A DNA stretch of 63,705 nucleotides, filler included, from Chiloscyllium plagiosum (lineage: Eukaryota), in the NCBI RefSeq assembly GCF_004010195.1. It is 8 parts of 8 records of this genome, joined end to end, with 100 filler letters (N's around TTAATTAATTAA, not from the genome) between each part and the next. Parts side by side here need not be neighbours in the genome. Positions count along the whole stretch, not along the records: positions 46,061 to 60,669 come from NW_025212824.1; positions 60,770 to 63,705 come from NW_025186310.1; 6 more parts are not named here. The stretch is one strand, 5' to 3'. The notes under the pieces were generated by a model. The model was not told where the DNA came from. It worked only from the letters and a program-made list of their open reading frames with translations, and did no database searches. Numbering within the stretch: position 1 is the first letter of the stretch; each line of letters opens with the position of its first letter. Shown piece after piece: positions 50,100 through 62,773 of the stretch. The translations under genes and the position numbers were made by a program.

Positions 50100-52000
50100 C
50101 GTAAATGTTTAGAAGTGTTATATATTTCGAGTTGACCCATGACCTTGACTTTACTCTGGATTTTCTTTCATCTTTTTCCAACGTAATCCAAAATCTTTTG
50201 ATACAATGTTCACTCTTCCCTAAATGCCCTTTCACTGACACTTGAACGACTTGGCTCTGCTCACTACCAAGACCAAGTCGAGCAGACCACATCACATTAT
50301 CTCTTTTTCCGTAGAGTGGACGCATTTCGACACATCATTCTTTATTTCCCGAAATCCCTTTGTCTCCATATCATTTCAACAGCCTACCCTCAGGCAAAAT
50401 ATTCGTTTAGCACAGAACGACGTTCTGTTTTAAATAAAAATGTGATAATTTAAAATTGCGACACGATTGGAGGTGATCCTTGGAGTATGTTCTTTGGAAG
50501 TGTCTGTACTCTGCCTTTTTCCACTGTCACCTAAAAACTTCTCATGCAATGATCACCACTTCCCTCAATGTCTCTCACTAAACTTGATGTCATTGATCCT
50601 CCTCGTTCCCAAGATCCAAGGCCAGAACAGTGTCATTTATCAATAGACAGGAAATGCACAGTAGGTGAAAATCCGTCTGCACATACTCTTACATTCTGAC
50701 CAATCCATATTCGGATAAATAATGTCCCAAATAATAACGACTGTACCATGCTGCACCTCTAAGTAATTTTTTTGTGGATTTTATTTTTCCTCTCCATTCT
50801 TCCTAATAGTTGGTGACCTGTGGACTACACAGAACAATCTTTCTAAACTCGCTTTGCTTCTTATTTCTAATCAAAACAATACTTTCCTTGACCCTGTCGG
50901 ATATTCTCTTTCTCCCAGAGCACTAACTTCCTTAACAATAGCCACTACCCCTCACGTTTTTTCCTTTACCCATCGTTCCTAAAAACAAAATATTCTATCC
51001 ATGAACATTTAACATTCAGTACTGCCCTTCTTTGTGTGCCGATCTCTGTTCGAGCGAGAATACCAGATTTTCACTTCGTAATCTGTGTCTTCTACTTCCC
51101 AATGTTATTCCCAATACCACGTGCAGTCCCATGCATGCAAAGTCTAACTGATTTAGACATTATTTCTCTTTCTATCTCTCTGAAACTGCTAAATATATAC
51201 TATTCCTAGTTCTGCTGTCTATCCATTTTTTTTTTCAGACTTTGCTGTAGCTCTCTGATGTAATCTTCTGGTTCCTATATCCCTGTCAATTTCGCTTAAA
51301 CCGTCTCCAACAACACTAACAACACAACCCACATGGACATCAGTCCTAGCTCTATTCAGGAGCAACCAGCGTGGTCTATCCCGGTGCCATCTGCACCAGA
51401 GTCACTGCCAGTGCTCCAAGAATCTAAAGCCCTCCCTCCTGAATATTTGTTCCAGTGCCACATTCACCTTTCTTATCCTCTAATAACCAATTCACCCTCG
51501 CACTGGGGGTTATCTGAAGTTCCAGCTGTGGAGGTCTTGCTGTTAATACCCTTCCAACTCCCTAAATTCAAACTGCAAGAACACATCCTTTTTCACCCTC
51601 TGCCACTGGAACCAATGTGGACCAGAAGTGCTGGCTGTTTTGATGTTCCCATTCTCCCATGAGATTTCTTTGAAGACGCTATGCTCAGTGACGTGCTTGA
51701 CATTGCTACCACGGAGAAAACATACCATTCTGACACTGCAGAAACACATATTGATTGCTCTCACTCTCGAATGTCCTCTCACTGTCGCTCGTGCAGTCTT
51801 TCATATACCTGCGCCAGCCCTCCCCGTACCTCTGTGCCACCTAATGCCACATGGCTCTTGCTGCAATGTCCAAATAAACTAACATTCTCATCAGGATTCC
51901 AAAATGCTCTCAGGGTCTCCTGTCTTTGCTGCCGAGTCTTTTTAATTGTCTGCTGCTCCCCTATTTCCTCGCGCCCTGCATACTCCGAAGCTGAAGAGTG
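50100..52000 (-). mobile_element. Very old CR1-like LINE remnant (ORF1 esterase/APE region)
   Basis: Minus-strand remnants RMVCFL.G and LVHIG resemble the CR1 ORF1 SGNH esterase motifs; heavily decayed, boundaries uncertain. Confidence 0.5.
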
Positions 52001-53387
52001 GTCACATCTAGAAACCAACTCCCCACCTCACGGACACTCCGTATTGACACCAGCTGCTGATGCTTTTCTCCGGAATCCGGAGTTTCAACTGCTGTCACTG
52101 ACCACACTTCTTGTATTCATTATCTTCGAACAGCTGGGATGCATCACATGGAATAGGATGTGCACTATCTCCCCTGCCTATGTATTTCATAGTAGAGTTC
52201 TGATGAGAAACAACTACAGCAGGAATTTCTCTCCAATGCTTTCAGTGTTTTAGCGTTTCCTAGGATATTCTTAATTATTTTCTGTTGGTCTCGTTCGCCC
52301 CGATATTTATCCCTTAACCAACATCACTAAAATGCTGCTTGATCTCAATGATAGTTATGGGATCTTGCTGTTTACAAATTGGCTTTCACTTTCCTACATT
52401 GAAACAGTGTCTTGCTTTTTGGAAAAGTCCCTCACTATTTTTAAGTGTCTTTGGGAGAGGCTGAGGTAAGAAATGTTCTGTAAAAATATACCTATTTCTT
52501 TTCGTTTGAGGAATTGGGGACTCCCACAATCTATTTGTTGATCAGCCCTTTTCCAATACATCATCCACAGAAAGCTTCCTCGTGTGTCCATGTTTCCCTC
52601 ATCGGGATTTAGGAGGCAGCAATAGTTACATCATCAACTTAGGCGTTATTCGTGTGCACCTCCATTTTCTCCATCTACTTATAAAGTCGTTCCAGGCAAA
52701 GGAGTCTTCCTAAGATCACCTGCTTAAATGTTCCCCTGCCTTACATCGTAGCAACCAACTAAGTTATCTGTTGTGTGCTTCTATCATGACGGCACTGTCT
52801 CTGTATGGGAACAATTCCAGCCTCCCCAAATTGACTCATTCCTCCAAGTGTGAGCTGGCAGAGGGAGCATGCCAGGCTGTTGGACCAAGAGTTCTCAGCT
52901 TGGCCTCACTGTGGATATTCTATCCTCAAATGCTCAACGTTGCAGACGAAATGGGTTCGCCATGGGAAAAGTAGGGTGACGGGGCAGTGTGTGGATTTGT
53001 ATTTCGGTTGGATGCTCCTTGGAGGTTTTGTGTGAAATGACTGAGCTAAATGAACTGCTTCAACATTATACATATTCTCTAATTCCATTACTCTGTCACT
53101 CGAGCACATTTCCCAGGCTGAGAGTACAGTGCAGCACTGAGAGAGAGTGGTGCTATCTGAAGTTCATTACTGACGGAGTGCAGCACTGTCAATGGGTCAG
53201 TATTTAGGAAATGCGGCACTGTCAGTGGTCAGTACTGGGGGAATTCCGCAATGTTAGAGAATTAGAACCGACAAACCATCTTTCAGATGGGATAATCTGA
53301 TATCTGTCCTCTTAGGAAGACGGAGGATATACAATGACACTACTAACCTAACTGTGTCTGGATGAGGTGATTGCAACAAGTGACACA

Positions 53388-53425
53388 ATCACCTGATGAA
53401 GGAGCGTCGCTCCGAAAGCTAGTGT
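53388..53425 (+). ncRNA. Minimal hammerhead ribozyme motif at a probable Penelope-like 3' end (53380-53479)
   Basis: cac-CUGAUGA-A-GGAGC(guc)GCUCC-GAAA-GCUA-gug: intact core boxes, 5-bp stem II, palindromic AGCU in place of stem III, short stem I (cac/gug). Confidence 0.7.
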
Positions 53426-54374
53426 GCTTCCAATTAAACCTGTTGGACTATAACCTGGTGTTGTGTGATTTTTAACTTTNNNNNNNNNNNNNNNNNNNNN
53501 NNNNNNNNNNNNNNNNNNNNNNNNGTACTGCCTGGAGTACCTTTAACCACACAACAGGCAGGATCTGATCTCACAGGATGGGGTGCAGAGGTGTTTCTCT
53601 AGGACCTTGCCTGGGATGTACATGTCAAACTTGCTGAAAGACTCTGATTGTTTTCTTTGCAACAGAAACGGTTTTGTGAGGCTCTGACAAATGATTTCTC
53701 TCTAGGAAGTTCGCCTCTTCTCCAACAGAAGTGGGAGATTTCATGAAGGGCATGGACAAGGTGAATAGGAAGCTGTTGTTTTCCTTAGTTGTAACGTCAA
53801 TAGCATGTTTACGTGTATTCAGTATGAAAGACAGGAGATTTAGAGAGGGGTGGATGAACACATTTTCTCACCCAACGTTTGTGGATCTGGAATTCACTGC
53901 CTGGGAGGGTAGTTGAGCTGGGAAACCTCACAATCCATAGAAAGTGCATTAATGAGTATCCGAAATACCATTGTATAAAATGTTACGGGCCTAGTTCAGG
54001 AAAGTGGATGGACAGTAAATTCAGTGCCCTGATGATGGTACAGACTTGATCGCATGTATTGTATGATCCTCAGATTGCAAGAAACCTCCTGCTGATCATC
54101 AAGTGCAGTCCTCCCTTAAGTGAAAAATCAGTCTCTCCTCAATGTTGAACAATTCTTCAAGGAAACATTGAGGGTGGAGAAGCTACAGAACATACGCTGG
54201 TTGGAGGACTTCAGGGTGTTCAATGATAAATAAAATTTGTGAATGTCTCTTCTTTTGTCAGGTTTCTTAGACATTTGATACAAATTTTCAAAACAAAAGT
54301 CTTGCCATTTACCGTTCAGATTATTAAAAATCCCTTTGAATCACGGTACAAATAATCCTTCTCTTGTCTTTCAG

Positions 54375-54697
54375 GCAGTCAGAGATCTCAGTCAAAGCTG
54401 ACACTGCCAGCACTCTCTCCAGAACAGGTCAAGGCCAAGAGCACTGCCACTGTGATGTGCCTTGTCAATCAATTCTATGCTGCTAAGTTGGAGGTGCAGT
54501 GGAAGAAGGATGGTGCAATCGTTTTGAACGGGGTTCAGGTGAGCAACTACCTGCAAGTTTCGGACAGCACCAGAAGCCTGCTGACACTTTCTTGTTACAA
54601 CTGGGGAGTCCAATGCTCGCTTCTCCAGTGACGTCGCCCACGTGACCCTCTCCTCTTCCCTCTGCAAGAGCATCAGGTGATCAGAATTTTTGTTCCG
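54375..54697 (+). pseudogene. IGKC: Ig kappa constant exon pseudogene
   Basis: ttcag|gc agt cag aga tct cag tca aag ctg...TATVMCLVNQFY..LEVQWKKDG..; 9-nt deletion (YSV), +1 frameshift (tggggagtcc), second Cys->Ser, TGA. 3' flank homologous to 62774 onward. Confidence 0.92.
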
Positions 54698-57204
54698 TGA
54701 TACAGACAGTCCACACAAGAGACACAACTTCAAATAGAGTAGGGCTGAGTTTGCAGGAGCAAGGTCAATGTCAGCAGTGAATTTTACCTCTCTTCCATCT
54801 CTGGACTTACTCAGAGACATTTCTGCAATTCAAGGGTTGAGAAATGGCATTTGGACAGTGTAGAGGAAGATTTACATTATCTTACATTTATTACCGTTCC
54901 TGTCCGAGGAGTATTAGCTGGGGACTGAGTCGACTTGTGATGCAATTTAAAGTTTTCAAAATGCTGAAGACTATTAGCTGTACATAAACGATGAGTACCT
55001 CTGTAGTCTAAAAATTAGGAAACCAGATCTCTTTCCTGGTCAGCCACCAGTTCCAATTTAACATTTTGTCACTGTTTAAAAGGATATGATTCTCATGTTA
55101 TTAAGAAAATCTTCACTGGTGTTTTCCTCAACCTCCATTATATGTGTGGATTTTTGCAAGTTCCTCTATCGGATTTGTTAATTGCAGCCATTTCTCCGTC
55201 AATGTTCAATTGGAAAACGGAATAAAGTTGAAGAAGATTCAATCGGTATCTCCTTGATCCTTTGGAATTAGCCAGTGTTGAAGTGTAATTTGAAGTGTGA
55301 AGTGACAGCTGAAAGGCTCCGCCCTCAAGTCCTGGAGCAAGAGGGGGAGAATACAGGGATCAATGCACATTACTCTGATGATAATTCCCCCTTTTCAACA
55401 AAGCACATATTAAGCACAACAAGATTCCATGCTAAACAAATCAGCCCAACGTTTTGGAGCCAGGACCACTGGGAACATTCCTCTGATCAACGTGACCAGC
55501 ACGACCTTTTTGCTTAAAAAAAAATTGAACAGCGATTGTGTAATGAATAGTCCATATGCTAATCTTGGATTTTCTTTACTCTTCAAATAAGATTGATCTT
55601 TTTTTCGCGTGTGCCCCTGAGGTCAGATTGGTTGTGTTCAGTCTAAGATTACGTGAGTCACGGCTGGGAAGCAGTCAATGAGTAACTAGTTCCACTTTCT
55701 ACTGTCACATTCTGTCGCGTCCGGACCAGTCAGTATCCGGTAGATCAGTAACCCTTGGAATTCTGTCCCAGATTCCACCGTTGCTTTATTTAAATTCAAA
55801 CAGGGCTATTGCAAACTGATTCCACAATCAATGGACAATCCTGTGATGGAGCAAGTATAATTCTTGATTCCAACATGGAGATATTGGGGTTTGTGTTAAA
55901 CATCCAGTAAAAAATGAGACAGGACTTGAGATTGAAAAACAAGTACATGTCAGAATGGAGACCATGTTGGTGGGAGTGAGGCATATTTCAGTCATATGTT
56001 CCTAAACTCCATACAATAAAGTCATCCTTCTGTCAGAAACTAAGGTCTGAGAAAACAGCTCCTTGATGTCCAATATTTCACCAACTCTCCCTGAAAAAGT
56101 GAAATATTGCCTCAGTGATTTCTTCCAAAAGGGCATTTTAAGAATTGCTCTAGGAACGGAACTGTTGATTCTCAAAGATAACAAAATGAACGGTTTTGGA
56201 GCTGGCAATGGGACATTTTAGAACATAGAGGATGACACCAGACGCTTATAAAATGTTGCTGCTGTTACCTTTATATATATGTAAATATATATATATAGGC
56301 AATATTTGGTTTTTGCTGACAATTTGCTCTCTCAAATTAGGTCCTCTTGCCTTTGATGCTTTGCTTCTTCTGATTTGAGTCCGTGGATACTTCCATGCAA
56401 ATTCAATCTCCTCAACTAATCTTGGCCCCTGAAGAGGTTAGACAGAGAATACTGGATTGCAACAAGCATCTCAAGATGTTTTCAAAACCATTGAACTCAA
56501 TAATCCTGAAAAAATGACTTTTGCATTAAAGTCAGATTCGGTGGTTGTAAATGTAACGTCTTTCTCAGGACAAACGAGGAAATTCTTGACCGATGAATGA
56601 GTGAGCGAAACCCAAATCCTAAGCAATAGGTCAACAGAACGAAGTGATATAAATCAGACACAGCATCAACACAGCATCAACACAGCACAGCCTAAATGCT
56701 GCAACCGACTCAAAGTGCAGCTGGCATACTGTGGAATGCAGGAAAGTTTGGTCAGTGTGGGACTCAGGGATGGGGGTGCGAGATCTCCATTTGCTTTTTT
56801 CAAACTGTTTCAGAGCTGTCATTTCAGCTGCTGGAGCCTGCTCGTGCACTTGCCTCGAAAAACTGAAAATGGTAAACAAGGAAACAGGAGTCTGGTAAGC
56901 AGATCAGTTGAGAATTGTTTAGTATGAATGACGGTGTAATCAGAATGATTCGGGACACATCCATTCGGGAAGGTCAATAAATGCAATGAATGGAACCATC
57001 AAATCAGATACTGAAGGCAATTACCGGTATAATGAAGGAATATATATACTTCATTTGTACTTGGTAACTGTCCATAATCATTCAATAGTATCAGCATTTG
57101 TTTCCTCTGTTTTGTCATTGTTAGTGGGTATAATTTGAGTGAACTTTCACCATCTCTGTTACTAAATGAGCAAAACGCTCAGCTACTAATTTTCACAACA
57201 ATAT

Positions 57205-57420
57205 CGTTATTAGATTAGATTACTTACAGTGTGGAAACAGGCCCTTCGGCCCAAGCACAACCCACCCATACCCCTGCATTAACCCCTTACCTAACACTAC
57301 GGGTAATTTAGCATGGCCAATTTACCTGATCTGCATATCTTTGGACTGTGGGCGGAAATTGAACCCGGTTCCCTGGCGCTGTGAGGCAGCAGTGCTAACC
57401 ACTGTGCCACCGTGCTGCCC
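57205..57420 (-). mobile_element. HE1/V-SINE-like SINE (internally deleted)
   Basis: Minus: gggcagcacggtggcacagtggttagcactgctgcctcacagcgccagg...cccacagtccaaagatatgcag, with a (taatc)n tail. Confidence 0.85.
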
Positions 57421-58228
57421 ATTATGCAGTCAAGCAGCAGAGTACCAGTACTGATGTAAAAGAAATTGGCTTTCACGCACTTCATCGTTAGCACTTTCCA
57501 TCTTGTATTTTACCTTTACCTACTATCATCCTGAAGAGCATTTACTCGAATTCAACCCCAAGAAACCCTTCCAGAAAAGTATCTTTCCTGGTGTTTTTGT
57601 TGAAAAAAAATCTTTAACGATGGATTGAATCATTTGACCCATTTTGCCACACTTGCAGCCCGTATAAATTTGTCCCACTTTCTTTCTCCTTCTGAACAAA
57701 ATGGTATAATTCACATTTTCATGAATAGTAGCTCTTTAAATTCAAGGGTGATAACTTTTAGCGGAATCTCAGGCATTCTGTGGATATTCAAATAATATCC
57801 ATTATTTGTGAATTTTAAAATATCTAGAGCTGAGACGGATAAAAAATAAACTAGAAAGTGCAACATTTTCAAAGCAATTACTGAATTATCAAACTCTCAC
57901 GAGGATGTCTCCGATGCAGCATGCGACATATGCGTTCATGTATTGTTTTTGAATCAATTATACCTTGGTTAGCAAATTGCAATTAAACGTAAACATAACA
58001 TTTATCTGATGTATTCAGAATTCTGCAGCTGAATCTAATTACTAAATATGTTACATCAGTACAGGGGATTGACTTCATGACATTATTACTCTTTTTAAAG
58101 CTTGGTGTTGCCACCTACTGTAACATGTTGTCAAGCATCAACAGCATATATCTTGAATGCTCGAAAAGTCTCCTGACTCGGTCTTTTACATAATGAGTCT
58201 GTCTCCATCAAAAAAGGAGAAACGTGAG

Positions 58229-58301
58229 ATGGAAATGCATTATCCAATCGACAGTCTCTTGTCAATTTACTACAACGCACTTGCTATTATTGGTGTACCT
58301 G
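58229..58301 (+). CDS. Putative first coding exon of a GPR139-like class A GPCR
   Basis: ATG...MEMHYPIDSLLSIYYNALAIIGVP g|gtaagt. The YY..LA.IGVP TM1 motif with a phase-1 intron before the conserved Asn fits GPR139/142-like genes. No second exon found in this contig. Confidence 0.6.
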
Positions 58302-58367
58302 GTAAGTGATTCATAAACAATCAAACGTCTGCCAAATTGTGTGAGAAGTGATCCCTATGTTTCGTTC

Positions 58368-59168
58368 TGTTACGTAGTCCAAAGTGTATGGTCACTTTAA
58401 GACCTAAAGTGCTTTTCAAAGTTCAAGCTATATCAAATGCTTAAATATACAGAACAACTAAGTCAGGCTGTTCCAAAAAATGGCTGAGTTTTGGTTGAAG
58501 TCTTGACAACAATTCAAATTTGGTCAATTCATTTAAACCAAACTCTCAGCCTTTCAAAGCGAATCGAATTTAGAATCTGATAACGTTGACAGTTGGAAAC
58601 CAATCAGTTCTTAAGAGTTTCAGATTTAATCAGCAGTGACGAAGTGAAGTCATTTTGAAAATCGGTCAGAGTAATTGCCATTGAACGTGAGAGCAATCAT
58701 TTGAAAGGAGCTGTCAAAAAGAATGCTTTCAGAAGGCACTGTATATCAAAGGTACCTTTTCCAAGAAAAACAGTAAATAAAAAGTCAGACGACAACCCAG
58801 GGAAAAGATAGCAGCCAAGGCTAGATGGAAACAACAGATTCAGAAATCTGGAAGGAAAACAGTGTGAGAAACTATATGAACTCTGCGAGGTAAAATTGGT
58901 TTAATTTTTAATAATTGTGTCATTACAGTGGCAGTTCAATGCAGTTGTAGTCAGACAGTGATTATTTAACAAAAATGGACTTGGACTTGTTAATTGTTTT
59001 CGCTTACTGCAGACTGCTGGAGGTAGAAAAACAAGCTTTTTTCTACAAACAGTAAAAATCGAGCGTTTTATTTCACTCACTCATGCTTTTAGCAGATTAC
59101 GAGGCAAGGAAGCTTTTCTGGGATGTTAATTGTAACTAGCAGAGATGTTCATCCTCCGCATCGTAAAA
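58368..59168. mobile_element. Possible solo LTR
   Basis: Starts TGTTACG, ends CGTAAAA (near-inverted termini), flanked by gttc/attc; about 800 bp non-coding. Confidence 0.35.
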
Positions 59169-59330
59169 ATTCTGTAATGGATACGATTGCATCGAATAGT
59201 TAGCGCTTACAGGTATCTAAGTAATGACATTGCTTCGTGGAGAAAAATGCCGTGAATTATTTTTAATGTTCGATTATGTGCCGTCAAAAATACGCATTTG
59301 TTTTTCAGCTCAAGGGCTACATGAATTATC

Positions 59331-59955
59331 CGCCACAGATTCACCTGCACCTCCACACATATCATCTATTGCATCCTCTGCACCCGATGTGGCCTCCTCT
59401 ATATTGGGGAGACAGGCCGCCTACTTGCGGAGCGTTTCAGAGAACACCTCTAGGACACCCGGACCAACCAACCCAACCACCCCGTGGCTCAACACTTCAA
59501 CTCCCCCTCCCACTCCACCAAGGACATGCAGGTCCTTGGACTCCTCCATCGACAGAACATAGCAACACGACGGTTGGAGGAAGAGCACCTCATCTTCCGC
59601 CTAGGAACCCTCCAACCACAAGGAATGAACTTAGATTTCTCCAGTTTCCTCATTTCCCCTCACCCCACCTTGTCTCAGTCCCAAGCCTCGAACTCAGCAC
59701 CACCTTCCTAACCTGCAATCTTCTTCCCGACCTCTCCGCCCCCACCCCAGTCTGACCTATCACCCTCACCTTGACCTCTTTCCACCTATCACATTTCCGA
59801 CGCCCCTCTCCCAAGTCCCTCCTCCCTACCTTTTATCTTAGCCTGCTGGACAAACTTTCCCCATTCCTGAAGAAGGGCTTATGCCCGAAACGTCGATTCT
59901 CCTGTTCCCTGGATGCTGCCTGACCTGCTGCGCTTTTCCAGCAACACATTTCCAG
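59331..59955 (+). mobile_element. 5'-truncated Penelope-like retroelement (GIY-YIG endonuclease C-terminus and 3' end) with 13-bp TSD
   Basis: IIYCILCTRCGLLYIGETGRLLAERFREHL*...VAQHFNSPSHS..DMQVLGL....RRLEEEHLIFRLGTLQPQGMN; TSD tacatgaattatc at 59318-59330 and 59956-59968. Confidence 0.92.
59862..59900 (+). ncRNA. Minimal hammerhead ribozyme motif in the Penelope-like 3' end
   Basis: CUGAAGA-A-GGGC(uuau)GCCC-GAAA-C-GUC: intact core, 4-bp stem II, palindromic ACGU, GUC cleavage triplet. Confidence 0.7.
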
Positions 59956-60669
59956 TACATGAATTATCAAGCTACTACTTTCCCTGATATCCCCTAGACA
60001 GCTGAAGCAGCCGTCAGTTTAAGCAACCTTCTGATGGTCGATATTGCGGATGGATTAATGATGGTTAGGTTATATTAACTGTATAATATAACCTTCGGCA
60101 CACGTGAATCTTTGGATTTGTGTTTCTGCAATTCTGGTTTAAGTGGATTATTTAAATATTTCCAGTGAAGTGTAGACGAAATTATAGCTAAGCAAGTTTC
60201 TGAACGTTTTTCATGGGGGTCGGGAATATGGCTTTGACTTACAATTGCATCAGCCATATACACATGGAATGTCACGGACTATCGAAATATTATGCTACTT
60301 ATTATAATTCACATGCATTCAAATCTAAGGAGGAATTGGAAAGATATGTCTTTGGACCATGGGAAAACGTAACTGATTAATAATCTATGTTCTATGTTCT
60401 AATTCTAACAGAACTTTAATTGTGTTATTTTTCAAATGCTTCTTCTGAAAATTCAATTAATATGTAGATACTTTAGTTCAATCTCTCTCTGAACGAACCA
60501 AAATTTCAATTCATATGTCTCTATAATTGTGAAAAAGCGCTTCTACTTTTCAAATTCACTGTTTATTGGAATTGCAAATGCCAATACAATTGTCGCCATT
60601 CTTTGCAGAACAGCAATGCACAGCTTATTTCACGGCATATGCTTACACTTAATACCCATTTCACTATGC

Positions 60670-60769
60670 NNNNNNNNNNNNNNNNNNNNNNNNNNNNNNN
60701 NNNNNNNNNNNNNTTAATTAATTAANNNNNNNNNNNNNNNNNNNNNNNNNNNNNNNNNNNNNNNNNNNN
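60670..60769. other. Artificial contig-joining linker
   Basis: 44 N + TTAATTAATTAA + 44 N. Confidence 0.98.
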
Positions 60770-61119
60770 TGATCACCAATGTGCCCACTATTTCTACACC
60801 CAGTTTCATAAGGACTCTGAGTTACAGAGCATCAGGCCGTGGGGACATATTAAGTTTTGATAACATCAGCTTCTCTAAGACCATTTCCTGACTAACAAGG
60901 ATTACCTTCAGTTCCTCCTTCACACTTGACCCACTGTCCTCTCACATTTCCTTTCAATAGGGTGTGCATCCTTGGATATTTAGTTCCCAGCCCTGATCCC
61001 CTTGCAGCCATGTCCCTGCACTACAGGCTCATTTACCTTGTTTCATATACTCGATGCATCGAAGTACAACACCCTCAGTCATGCACTGACTGCCTCCTTC
61101 TCATAGTTATCTCCTTTAG

Positions 61120-61370
61120 AATTCACAGAATCCCTACAGTGTGGAAGCAGGCCATTCAGCCCAGACTGACCCTTCAAATAGCGTTCCACCCACACTGCAA
61201 TTCCCATGGATAATCCTCCTAACCTACACATCTTTGATACAATGGGAGGAAACCCAAGTAGACACGGGGAGAATGTGTAAACTCCACACAGACAGTCAGT
61301 TGGAATTGAGTCTGTGTCTCCGGAGCTGTGAGACAGCAGTGCTAACCACTGATCCACCATTCCACCCTGC
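61120..61370 (-). mobile_element. HE1/V-SINE-like SINE
   Basis: Minus: gtggatcagtggttagcactgctgtctcacagc...ctgtctgtgtggagtttacacattctccccgtgtct. Confidence 0.8.
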
Positions 61371-62444
61371 GGTGCCTCAAGTTCGATTCCTGATCCTTTC
61401 CATACTCTTTATCCTATTACTTGGTCTGGATGCTTTAATAAAGTGTCCTGAGNNNNNNNNNNNNNNNNNNNNNNNNNNNNNNNNNNNNNNNNNNNNNNNN
61501 NNNNNNNNNNNNNNNNNNNNNNNNNNNNNNNNNNNNNNNNNNNNNNNNNNNNNNNNNNNNNNNNNNNNNNNNNNNNNNNNNNNNNNNNNNNNNNNNNNNN
61601 NNNNNNNNNNNNNNNNNNNNNNNNNNNNNNNNNNNNNNNNNNNNNNNNNNNNNNNNNNNNNNNNNNNNNNNNNNNNNNNNNNNNNNNNNNNNNNNNNNNN
61701 NNNNNNNNNNNNNNNNNNNNNNNNNNNNNNNNNNNNNNNNNNNNNNNNNNNNNNNNNNNNNNNNNNNNNNNNNNNNNNNNNNNNNNNNNNNNNNNNNNNN
61801 NNNNNNNNNNNNNNNNNNNNNNNNNNNNNNNNNNNNNNNNNNNNNNNNNNNNNNNNNNNNNNNNNNNNNNNNNNNNNNNNNNNNNNNNNNNNNNNNNNNN
61901 NNNNNNNNNNNNNNNNNNNNNNNNNNNNNNNNNNNNNNNNNNNNNNNNNNNNNNNNNNNNNNNNNNNNNNNNNNNNNNNNNNNNNNNNNNNNNNNNNNNN
62001 NNNNNNNNNNNNNNNNNNNNNNNNNNNNNNNNNNNNNNNNNNNNNNNNNNNNNNNNNNNNNNNNNNNNNNNNNNNNNNNNNNNNNNNNNNNNNNNNNNNN
62101 NNNNNNNNNNNNNNNNNNNNNNNNNNNNNNNNNNNNNNNNNNNNNNNNNNNNNNNNNNNNNNNNNNNNNNNNNNNNNNNNNNNNNNNNNNNNNNNNNNNN
62201 NNNNNNNNNNNNNNNNNNNNNNNNNNNNNNNNNNNNNNNNNNNNNNNNNNNNNNNNNNNNNNNNNNNNNNNNNNNNNNNNNNNNNNNNNNNNNNNNNNNN
62301 NNNNNNNNNNNNNNNNNNNNNNNNNNNNNNNNNNNNTGTTAGGTATTGAATACAAATGTTCAAATGGATTGTTTTGCCAGTGAATGTTCAGAGTTGAATT
62401 CCCTTCAAATGGCAGGGATTAAAATTGTTTCTCTTGTCTTTCAG

Positions 62445-62773
62445 GCCGTGAGAACTCTCAGCCCAAGCTGACCCTGCTGCCCCCCTCCCCGGAGCAGGTC
62501 AATGCCAAGGGCACTGCCACCCTGGTGTGCCTTGCCAATCACTTCTATCCCGATGAGCTGGAGGTGCAGTGGAAGAAGGACGGTGCAGTCATTTTGGACG
62601 GGGTTCAGACCAGCAACTACCTGCGAGCTTTGGACAGCACCTACAGTGTCAGCAGCCTGCTGACCCTCTCTGGGTCTGACTGGGAGTCCAACTCTCGCTT
62701 CTCCTGTGCCCTCACCCACGTGACCCTCCCCTCTCTCCTGAGCAAGAGCATTAGGAGATCAGAATGTGTGTAG
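62445..62773 (+). CDS. IGKC: Ig light chain kappa (type III/NS4-like) constant exon, intact
   Basis: ttcag|gc cgt gag aac tct cag... RENSQPKLTLLPPSPEQVNAKGTATLVCLANHFYPDELEVQWKKDG...FSCALTHVTLPSLLSKSIRRSECV*; close paralog of 89-417. Confidence 0.95.
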
